In this document: one piece after another, positions 29,263 through 37,983 of the stretch
Layout of the letters: the number at the start of each line of letters is the position of its first letter
Position numbering within the stretch: the first letter of the stretch is position 1
Assembly: GCA_963775535.1 (NCBI GenBank)
Contig: CAVZJH010000057.1
Coordinates: forward strand, 3,818-67,817
DNA: 64,000 nt
Direction of reading: 5' to 3'
Origin: an uncultured bacterium
GTDB lineage: Bacteria; Armatimonadota; UBA5829
Translations under genes and position numbers: made by a program
Notes under the pieces: model-generated
Database searches by the model: none
The model's input: the letters and a program-made list of their open reading frames with translations, nothing else
What the model was told of the DNA's origin: nothing

Positions 29263-29383
29263 TCCACCCTCACCCTGGTCCTCTCGTAGGGAGAGGGAAT
29301 AGAATGTGCGCGATTACAGTCAACATAACGGTAATAGCTCCCCTCGCCCTAGCAGGGAGAGGGGCCGGGGGTGAGGGTAGAAA
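29263..29383. repeat. Complex palindromic element (outer arms CCCTCACCC...GGGTGAGGG, inner CCTCTC...GAGAGG and CCCCTC...GAGGGG hairpins) between two minus-strand genes
   Basis: Seen directly. Lies between the aminotransferase stop and the start of the 25594-29167 gene. Candidate terminator or REP-like element. Confidence 0.4.
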
Positions 29384-29415
29384 CCTGCCAAGACAAATAA
29401 ACGTATCACACGTTC

Positions 29416-30576
29416 CTACCGCTTCAGGCTGCTAACGAAGCGCCCTATACGCTCGATTGCCATCTCTATTTTATCTATTGAAGTCGCGTACGAGCAGCGA
29501 ATATGGCCTTCTCCGCATTCTCCGAATGCGCTTCCGGGCACAACCGCTACTTTTTCTTCAAACAGAAGCCGCTCGCAGAACTCGTCCGAACTCAGAGAAG
29601 TTTCCTTTACCGAGGGAAACGCGTAGAACGCGCCGCCCGGCATAAGGCATTCGAGGCCCGCGTCGTTCAAGCCCTTTACGATGACTCTCCGGCGCTGGCC
29701 GTACTGCTCGATCATCGATTCACTTTCGTCGTAGCCATTCTTGAGAGCTTCCAGAGCCGCTACCTGGGCCATGATCGGCGCGCACATCATCGTATACTGG
29801 TGAATCTTCATCATCGCTTCGATGACATCCGGAGCAGCAGCCGCGTACCCGATCCGCCAGCCGGTAATGGCATAGGCCTTCGAAAAGCCGTTCAGCAGGA
29901 TCGTGCGCTCGTAAGCGCCGGGCAGGGCCGGAAGGCACGTATGGGCTCCATCGTAGGTCAGGCGGTCGTAGATTTCGTCTGAGACAATGAAGAGATCGTG
30001 CTTGCGCGCTACATCCACGATTCCCTGCAGCGTTTCGCGGCTTGCGACAGCGCCGGTGGGATTGCTTGGATAGCTGATCCAGACAGCCTTGGTCTTAGGG
30101 GTGATGGCCGCCTCGATCTGCTCCGGCGTTACCGCAAATCCGTTTTTCGCGTAAGTGCACACCGTCACGGGTACTCCGCCGGCAAGGCTGATGCAGGGCT
30201 TGTAGGCCACAAAGCACGGCTCGGGACAGATCACTTCATCGCCTGGGTTCAGGATCGTGCGCATGACAAGGTCCATGCCCTCGCTCACGCCCACCGTGAT
30301 CAGTACCTGGTTCTCGGGATTGTATTGGAGGTTCTCACGGGCATCCAGGTTGCTCGCAATTGCCTTGCGAAGCTCAAGCAGGCCGTAATTGGAGGTGTAG
30401 TGCGTGTGCCCGTGTTCGAGCGAGTATATGCAGGCTTCGGTTATGCGCCAGGGAGTGTCGAAGTCGGGTTCGCCCACGCCGAGCGACACAACATCTTTCA
30501 TCTGCGACACAATATCGAAAAACCTGCGTATTCCCGACGCAGGCATGGATTGGACTACCTTGGAAATCTCTTTCAT
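29416..30576 (-). CDS. Pyridoxal-phosphate-dependent aminotransferase, class I/II (AspC family)
   Basis: 386 aa. Motifs GVGEPDF, NPTG, SDEIYDRL, NGFSKAYAITGWRIGY (the lysine of SK is the PLP-binding residue). Confidence 0.85.
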   Translation of the reverse strand: MKEISKVVQSMPASGIRRFFDIVSQMKDVVSLGVGEPDFDTPWRITEACIYSLEHGHTHYTSNYGLLELRKAIASNLDARENLQYNPENQVLITVGVSEGMDLVMRTILNPGDEVICPEPCFVAYKPCISLAGGVPVTVCTYAKNGFAVTPEQIEAAITPKTKAVWISYPSNPTGAVASRETLQGIVDVARKHDLFIVSDEIYDRLTYDGAHTCLPALPGAYERTILLNGFSKAYAITGWRIGYAAAAPDVIEAMMKIHQYTMMCAPIMAQVAALEALKNGYDESESMIEQYGQRRRVIVKGLNDAGLECLMPGGAFYAFPSVKETSLSSDEFCERLLFEEKVAVVPGSAFGECGEGHIRCSYATSIDKIEMAIERIGRFVSSLKR

Positions 30577-30663
30577 GACTTGCGACAGCCTTTCTCAGTT
30601 ATCAGTTCATTGCCTTTGGTTATCAGTTGTCAGCCGATAACCGAACACTAACAACTGATGGCT

Positions 30664-31146
30664 TTACGGGGTAACGGCCAGTCTGCCTTCGGCTGCTACT
30701 TCTTCATAAATATCGCCGTCGACTTTGTATTTCTTGAGCAGAAAGCTCGACCGCGTGGACAGGACACCTTCCAGCGTAGCCAGCTTCTCGGCCACGAAGA
30801 ACGCCACGTCGCGCATGGTCTTGCCCTCGACTACCACTCTCAGATCGTAATCACCCGATACCAGATATACCGAGTGGACCTCGGGGTAGTTGTAGATTCG
30901 CCTAGCGACGTCGTCGAAGCCGACCCCTCTAGATGGGCTGACCCGGACGTCGATGAATGCGAATACCTGCTCCTTGCCGGCCTTTTCCCAGTCTACAATA
31001 GCTTTATAATGCCGGATCTGGCCGCTTTCTTCCAGTTGCTTGACGGCCCTGCTAATCTCCTCCTCGGTTCGGCCCAGCATCACGGCCATCTGCGCCGAGG
31101 AGGTGCGTGCGTCTCGCTCGAGGATCTTTAGTATCTGCTTTTCCAT
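30664..31146 (-). CDS. Lrp/AsnC-family transcriptional regulator
   Basis: Likely start at MEKQILKILERDARTS (HTH), with C-terminal RAM domain (FAFIDVRVSP...VYLVSGDYDLRVVVEG). Divergently adjacent to the aminotransferase, a typical Lrp arrangement. Confidence 0.8.
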   Translation of the reverse strand: MEKQILKILERDARTSSAQMAVMLGRTEEEISRAVKQLEESGQIRHYKAIVDWEKAGKEQVFAFIDVRVSPSRGVGFDDVARRIYNYPEVHSVYLVSGDYDLRVVVEGKTMRDVAFFVAEKLATLEGVLSTRSSFLLKKYKVDGDIYEEVAAEGRLAVTP

Positions 31147-31319
31147 TGTTCTTCCTAATCCTAGAATTGTCCAAATTCTACAACCTACCGGTTTAGCTGT
31201 CAAACCGACCGGGTTTTTGAAAACTGCCCTTGACGCCTGCCTGCTTATGGGCTACACTGCGTAGTGACAAGTATGCAATGGATAAATCAAACAACGGGCG
31301 TTTTGCCAACGGAGCGTGA

Positions 31320-34300
31320 ATGATGAGATTCAGGGTGCGGATGCTAAGCGCGTGTGCCGTAATGCTTCTTTCAATGCTGTCATCATGCGTGCAAGCGGGC
31401 AAGATCGTCTATGTCGACAGTTCAACAGCGTCGGCGGGTGACGGACTTACCTGGGCGACGGCAAAGACAACGGTCACTGCCGGGCTTGCCGCATCGGCGT
31501 CAGGCGATCAGGTCTGGGTGGCGCAGGGAACGTATGTTGGGCTCATTCACGCTGGTAAACGGCGTTGCGTTATACGGCGGTTTTCCGTCGGGCGGCGGAG
31601 ACTGGAGTTCCCGCGACTCTAAGGCCAATGTGACAATCCTGGACGGCGGCCAGGGTGGCAGCGTGGTCACTTCGCCGCCCGGAGCGACCGCAACCATAGA
31701 TGGCTTCACAATCCGAAATGGCAGCAACTTCGGAATAAACTGCGTCCGCATCTCCTGGCCGACGATTTCCAACAACATTATTATTGGAAACAGCGGCGGC
31801 GGGATTAACTGCGGCGTCTCCTCGGCGACTATTTGCAACAACACTATCACGGGGAACAGCGCAACCAATAACGGCGGTGGGATTAACTGCGGCACTGCCT
31901 CCTCGGTGACGATATCCGACAACACCATCACGGGAAACAGCAGTTACGATGCCGCGATATACTGCTACAGCGTCACATCGGCAGCCATCTCCAACAACAC
32001 CATCACTGGGAACAGCAGCTGTGGGATTTGCTGCAACTCGTCCTCTTCGGCGACCATTTCCAACAACAACATTACTGGAAACGGCCCGACATCTGACGGC
32101 GGCGGCATATACTGTTATAGTTCCTCCTCGCCGACGATTTGCGACAACACGATCGGCGCGAACAGCTCAGAATATGGCGGCGGGATTTACTGTGACTCGT
32201 CCTCTTCGCCGACGATCACCAACAACACTATCACCGCAAACAACGCAGACAGTGGCGGCGGGATATACAGCGCTTGCTCAGGCCACTCTTCATTGAAGAT
32301 CTCCAACAACATCGTGTCTTTCAATTCATCAGGGATATACAGCGGTGGAGGTTCTCTCGTCTTGAGGAACAACTGCGTCTACAACCCCGATGGCGCCAAC
32401 TATTCCGGGTTATCAGCGGGAATGGGTGACATTCAGGTTGATCCCAAGCTGGTCGCTGTTCAATATGGCCAGCTCCATATCCAGCCGGACTCGCCGTGCG
32501 TAGATGCCGGTTACGACGCCGCGGTGCAGCCGGAATGGGTGGATATGGACGGACAGCCACGCATTCAAGGCGCGCATGTCGATATCGGCGCGGACGAATC
32601 GGATGGGACTGCGTGGACGTTTTGCTCCCACGGTGGTGCGCGTGAGCGCTACAGGAAACGATGCCAATGATGGTTCCAGTTGGTGCTTAGCAAAGAAAAC
32701 CGTGCAGGCGGGAATCAATGCGGCATCGGCCGCCGGTGGTGACGTGTGGGTTGCTGCCGGAACTTACAACGAGCAGGTAACGCTCACGGATTATGCTTAC
32801 CTCTATGGAGGCTTCGCCGGAACTGAATCCGCCGCGGACCAGCGGAACTTCAGTGCCAACAGCACAATTCTTGATGGCGGAGGAGGAGAGAGCGTTGTCG
32901 TCATGGAGGTCGGAAACAAGGCGAGCGGGGTAGATGGGTTCACAATCCGTAACGGAAACGCTGACTACTTTGGCGCTATAGTCTGCTATTGCTCCTCGCC
33001 GACTGTTTCCAACAACATAGTCACGGGAAACAAGGAAAGCGGTATATGGTGCTCGAATTCCTCGGCAACGATTTCCAATAACATCATCACGGGAAACAGT
33101 GAAGACCCAACGTACTCCGGCGTCGGCGGCGGCATATACTGCTGGAGCTCATCGCCGACGATCTCCAACAATACCATTACCGGAAACAGCGCAGTTGATG
33201 GCGGCGGGATAGAATGCGACGGCCCGGCGATTATTTCCAATAATATCATCACAGGAAACAGCGCAAATGCCGGCGCAGGAATAGAGTGTGACTGGTGTTC
33301 GGCGATTATTTCCAATAACATCATCGCGGGCAACAACGCAGGAAGCAGCGGTGTCGGCGGCGGTATATACTGCTGCGACGACTCCTCGACGCCTATTTCC
33401 AACAACACAATCACAGCAAACAGCGCATACGAAGGCGGCGGTATATACTGCGACGACTCCTCTTCGCCACCGGTTTCCAACAACGTAGTGTCTTTCAATT
33501 CGTCGGGACTCGATAGCGGCGGCGGTTCCCCGGTCATGAGGAACAACTGCGTCTATAACCCAGATGGGGCCAACTACTCCGGGTTATCAGCGGGAACGGG
33601 TGACATTCAGGTCGATCCAAAGTTTGTCAGCTTGACCACAGGAGATTATCATTTAACCGCCGGTTCACCGTGCATCAATGCCGGCTGGAACGCAGCGCCT
33701 GGAATTGGATCGGTCGATATGGACGGGAACCCCAGGATATTGCCGGCTGGTGGAACCGTGGATATCGGGTGCTATGAATATCTCGCTCAGATGAGCGGCT
33801 CCGGGCAGGCTAAGGCTGGCTCTCAACAAGTAGCAGTTAAGCTGGCCGGCAAACCTGTAACCGCGGTATTCGCTGGGGAGTTCTACATAGAAGATACTGA
33901 CCGCTGCGGCGGGATTAAAGTCGTATCAAGTCAAGCTGTAAATCCCGGCGACCTCGTGACGATAACTGGAAATACGGCTCCGGATAATGGAGAATGTGCG
34001 CTTTACCCGGCGTCCATCTCCGTCACCCCGGGCGCGCCGAGCAATGTGCCGGGGGCGCTGCTGCTGACCAATCGCTGCATTGGTGGTGGAGCTTTCTTCT
34101 GGAACGCGAACGGCAACGTCTGCGGTCAGGAAGGGGATCACGGATGGGTTCGGCTTGAACAACATCGGTCTTCTGGTTCGGGTTTGCGGGACATTTGCCT
34201 ATGTCGACAGCCAAACGTTCACCCTCGATGATGGCAGCGGCGCAGTGGTGAAGTGGACCGTGCCAGACGGCGTTACCTTGAGCTCGACCTTGACCTATGC

Positions 34301-34394
34301 CGGCGTGACCGGTATCTCGTCCTGCGAGATCGTCGGCAGTGAACTGCACCGGCTCATCCGGGTTCGAACACAGAGCGATATAGTAAGTTATTAG
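31320..34394 (+). pseudogene. Paralogue of the 20133 beta-helix gene (two DUF1565-like head + PbH1 units plus the same C-terminal region), interrupted by three single-base frameshifts (~31535, ~32598, ~34100-34160)
   Basis: About 75 percent identity to units 2 and 3 of the 20133 protein over long stretches. Translation switches frame 3, then 1, then 2, then 3. Two junctions reconstructed by eye: an extra base in GTTGGGCTCATTCACGCTGG, and TTTT versus TTT at ~32598. Ends ...HRLIRVRTQSDIVSY. Either a genuine pseudogene or assembly indels. Confidence 0.65.
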
Positions 34395-34631
34395 AATCTT
34401 GGCTCGTTAGTTGGTTTGCCGGCAAGCAGCAAGCGATTGTGCCCGCGCAGGCAGCCTTTGTAACCTCAAGCACCGATCGTGTCAACGCGCCGTATGGTGT
34501 CGGTTGAGCGCGAGTTGCACTTGGCCTAACACCCAACACCCAACACCCCTAACCTCAATCCTAAATCCTCAGCTTGACCCAGTGTCCCTCTGCTGTTATA
34601 CTCATAATCACTGAAATGGAGCCCACGCTAT

Positions 34632-35172
34632 ATGAATGAAATGACCTTTACATGCGCACGGCACCCGAGCGTCGAAACCGGCCTCAAATGCGCCAGTTGC
34701 GGCACACCTATCTGCCCGAGCTGCCTCGTGCAGACTCCTGTCGGGATGAAGTGCAAATCGTGCGCCTCGCATAAGCGGCACTTTGCTCTCGCCTTCGCTT
34801 CTGCAGGTCTCGCTTGGCGCGGCGGTTGCGCTTCTTGCTGGGGCGATTGCCGGGTGGGGAGTGGAGTTCAACTTTGGGTTCTTTACCCTTTTCGCCGCCT
34901 TTGCCTACGGTGGATTTGTTGGGGAAATGGTGCTGCGAGCGGCGAGCCGAAAACGCGGCATAAAGATCGAAGCGGCTACAGGCGCGGCCCTCGTAATCGG
35001 AGCGCTCGGCGCTCGGATGCTCGTCGCAGGGATTATGCTGCATGCGCCCGGCGGCGCCATCGTCCCATTCGGCGTTTGGAACGTGATCATCGACCTCGTG
35101 ACCTCACCAATACCGCTTGCAGCCCTCGTGATCATCGTCGCCAGCGCAGTCAGCCGGATAAAATACATTTAG
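34632..35172 (+). CDS. Zinc-ribbon (Cys-rich, B-box-like) N-terminal domain fused to a 4-TM membrane domain; frameshift near 34770
   Basis: Frame 3 gives CARHPSVETGLKCASCGTPICPSCLVQTPVGMKCKSCAS. Frame 1 opens exactly there and encodes four clean hydrophobic helices. Downstream frame-3 sequence is Arg-rich nonsense. Confidence 0.4.
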
Positions 35173-35182
35173 CCCGCTTTAT

Positions 35183-36184
35183 TCACAACGACGTGCACAG
35201 CGATATGCCCCTGAGCTCGTTTTGGTCGATCTCACCGGTTCTTCCGGGAAAACTCGGTCCGACTGCGCAGTAGAAGTGGTAAAGTCGGCCGTTGGAAGCG
35301 ATCACCCCCGGCTTGTGCGCGTGCAGCGAGTCGATGGACTCCTCGGGACCCGCATCCACCATCACCTTCCCCGACTTTTGCCAGTCGATAAGATCGTCGG
35401 AGAATGCGACGCTCTCGCGGGCGCGCCACTGCGTGCTCAGCGCATAGTAGAACATCACCCACGTGCCATCGCACCTGAGAACGCAGGGATCGCTGCAGAA
35501 TGTATCGTCGAAGCTGCCCCTGGTCCCGATCCCGATGACGGGGTTGGCGGGGTGGCGCGTCCAAGTCTTGAGGTCGCGAGACGTCGCAAAACCCGTCTGC
35601 TCCACCCATTGCTCGCCCGTTGTTTTTGCATTATAAAAAAGATAGTAAGTGCCGTCGTGCTCGATGATGCAGGACTTATACAGCCCACCGCGCTCCCACT
35701 GGCCGGCTTCGGGGTCGGACGGGCGTATGCACGGCTCCTCCACCTCCCACTGACGCAGGTCATCGCTCCAGCACAATCCAATAACTGCCGCTCCCACCTC
35801 ATAACCGACCCCGGGGTATGCGTGGTATGTTCCAAGGTGGCGCCCGTTCACCTTTTTCAACTCTCCACCCCCGAACAGTTCGTTATCCCTCAGTATCCAG
35901 GTGAGCGCCGCATTGTTTTGGGTGACCGAGCCCTGGGGACCACGTCCGAGGATCAATCCCTCCTTTGACCAGTGGATCAGGTCATTCGAAGACGCGAGCC
36001 CGGTTTGGTAACCGCTGCCGTCAAACCCTATATAAGTCATATAAAATCGCCCATTATACCTAAAGGGGAATGGGCCATCGACTGCGTGGCTGTCGAACTC
36101 GCCAGTTTTATATGATCCCTCCAGAACCAGTTCACCGTGTTTGTTTGGGGTCCGGAGGCGCTCGAGCAGATCGGTGTACAGAGT
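35183..36184 (-). CDS. Five-bladed beta-propeller glycosidase/phosphorylase-like protein (GH130/GH43 superfamily); N-terminal region lacks an in-frame ATG
   Basis: Motifs HDGTYYLFYNAKT, GFATSRDLKTW, DGTWVMFYY, NGRLYHFYCA. Homology continues upstream of the annotated Met (…DGPFPFRYNGRFYMTYIGFDG) to an in-frame stop at ~36185. The first blade seems to be missing. Confidence 0.5.
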   Translation of the reverse strand, partial: TLYTDLLERLRTPNKHGELVLEGSYKTGEFDSHAVDGPFPFRYNGRFYMTYIGFDGSGYQTGLASSNDLIHWSKEGLILGRGPQGSVTQNNAALTWILRDNELFGGGELKKVNGRHLGTYHAYPGVGYEVGAAVIGLCWSDDLRQWEVEEPCIRPSDPEAGQWERGGLYKSCIIEHDGTYYLFYNAKTTGEQWVEQTGFATSRDLKTWTRHPANPVIGIGTRGSFDDTFCSDPCVLRCDGTWVMFYYALSTQWRARESVAFSDDLIDWQKSGKVMVDAGPEESIDSLHAHKPGVIASNGRLYHFYCAVGPSFPGRTGEIDQNELRGISLCTSL

Positions 36185-36355
36185 TCATGACAATTCTCCC
36201 TGCGGCCGTGATCGTCGCGGCTATACAGTATCAGACAAGCGTTTGCTTTTCAAGTTTGCGCAGTCGGAGGGCGAAGCCCCTGTATTTGCATGCGCGCGGC
36301 CTTTGTGTTTGACTTGCCGCATACGCGAAGCTATACTGAGTTCATAGAGAAATAG

Positions 36356-37849
36356 ATGGAGTTAACGGATTTGTCGGACGAACAAGTTCAAGCACAACAG
36401 GAACAACCACCACAACAGCCTCCCACGTCAAACGGAAAACGGCGCAAACGGATCATTATCCCCATCGTGCTGACGATTATCATCGCAGCGCTAGTCTATT
36501 GGTTGTTGAGCAGAGGAAAAGTGTCCACCGATGATGCGCAGGTTGACGGTCACCTCGTGCCGATTACCGCTCGCGTGTCAGGCTACATAGATACGGTTGA
36601 TGTAGACGACAATCAGTTCGTGGATAGTGGGCAACTCCTGGTACAGCTCGATCGCCGGGACCTGGTCACCAAGCTCAGGCAGGCGACGGCCGACCTCGCC
36701 ACTCAACGCGCGCAGGCAGCGGCGGCAGCCCAGCAGGTTACGGTCACTCAGCGCACGGCTCCATCCAGCGAGCGTCAGGCGGGAGCAGGCGTTGCCGTTG
36801 CGAGCGGCGGTGTAGCGGCCGCCACGAACCAGGTCCGCGTGACCCAGGCCCAGGCTGAATCCGCCGATGCAGGTGTGCAGGCCGCGCGGGAAGCTGTGGC
36901 GAGTGCTCGAAGCGATCTTTCCGCCGCCACCTCTCAGATCGAAGTGGCTGAAGCCGCGGTGAAGCAGGATCAGGACGACGTGGTATCCGCCCAAGCTCAA
37001 GCGAAGAAGACAGCCGCTGACGTCGCCAGATACCGCGAATTGTTTGCAGCAGGGGCAACGTCAAAACAGCAACTGGACAGCGTAGAAGCGGACAACACGG
37101 CGGCACAGTCGACGCTGGCGGCGGATAAACACAAAGTCCTCGGCGCTCAGGCACTTCTTAACCAGGCGCGGGCGCGCAGAAACGCCGCTGAGATTGCGGT
37201 CAGGGAAGCAAAAGACCGGCTTGCATCCGCAGTCGATGCTGCCACGCAGGCGCGAGCGGGAGTTAAAGTCGCCCGGTCAAACCTGGAGCAAGCTCAAGGC
37301 CAGCTCAAATCCGCTCAAGCGGCGGCTTCCGGCGCGCTGACGGCCCCGCAGCAGATAGCCATCAGCCGGGCCCAGAACAGGGCCGCGGCCGCGCGAATAA
37401 AGCAGTCTTTGGCCAATGTGCGCAACGCGACCCTGCAGTTGTCCTACGCCCAGATCACTTCACCGGTCACCGGAGTAGTAAGTCAGAAGACTGCGGAGCC
37501 GGGACAATACGTGCAGCCGGGTCAAATGGTGATGTCGGTCGTGCCGCTGTCGAACGTTTGGGTTGTTGCCAATTTCAAGGAAACGCAAGTCGGCAATATG
37601 CGCCCCGGGCAGCGAGCAGTGGTTACGGTCGATTCTTATCCCGGGCATGAGTTCCGCGGAAGGGTCCAGAGCATCGGGGCGGCAACCGGCGCTGAGTTCA
37701 GCCTGCTTCCGCCGGAGAACGCCACAGGGAACTTCGTGAAGGTCGTCCAGCGCATCCCGGTAAAGATCGTCTTCGACGGGCCTGTGCCCAGGAGATTTGT
37801 CCTGCGCCCGGGGCAGAATGTGGAAGCGACCGTATATCTGCAAATGTGA
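36356..37849 (+). CDS. HlyD/EmrA-type membrane fusion protein with very long Ala/Gln-rich coiled-coil (497 aa)
   Basis: Single N-terminal TM (IIIPIVLTIIIAALVYWLL), ~280-aa coiled-coil, C-terminal beta-barrel motifs (ITSPVTGVVS...GQMVMSVVPLSNVWVVANF...GRVQSIG). No cognate permease adjacent. Confidence 0.75.
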   Translation: MELTDLSDEQVQAQQEQPPQQPPTSNGKRRKRIIIPIVLTIIIAALVYWLLSRGKVSTDDAQVDGHLVPITARVSGYIDTVDVDDNQFVDSGQLLVQLDRRDLVTKLRQATADLATQRAQAAAAAQQVTVTQRTAPSSERQAGAGVAVASGGVAAATNQVRVTQAQAESADAGVQAAREAVASARSDLSAATSQIEVAEAAVKQDQDDVVSAQAQAKKTAADVARYRELFAAGATSKQQLDSVEADNTAAQSTLAADKHKVLGAQALLNQARARRNAAEIAVREAKDRLASAVDAATQARAGVKVARSNLEQAQGQLKSAQAAASGALTAPQQIAISRAQNRAAAARIKQSLANVRNATLQLSYAQITSPVTGVVSQKTAEPGQYVQPGQMVMSVVPLSNVWVVANFKETQVGNMRPGQRAVVTVDSYPGHEFRGRVQSIGAATGAEFSLLPPENATGNFVKVVQRIPVKIVFDGPVPRRFVLRPGQNVEATVYLQM

Positions 37850-37983
37850 CAACTCCGGCAATCGGTTTGACTTGGCTGTCAATCAGGAGTAGAATACCTC
37901 TTGGTCAACTGAAGAGCTGTCCACCAATAAGTTCACTGTAGCGCGGCCCACAACCGCGCTATGTTCTTGAAGGAGCCACCACA

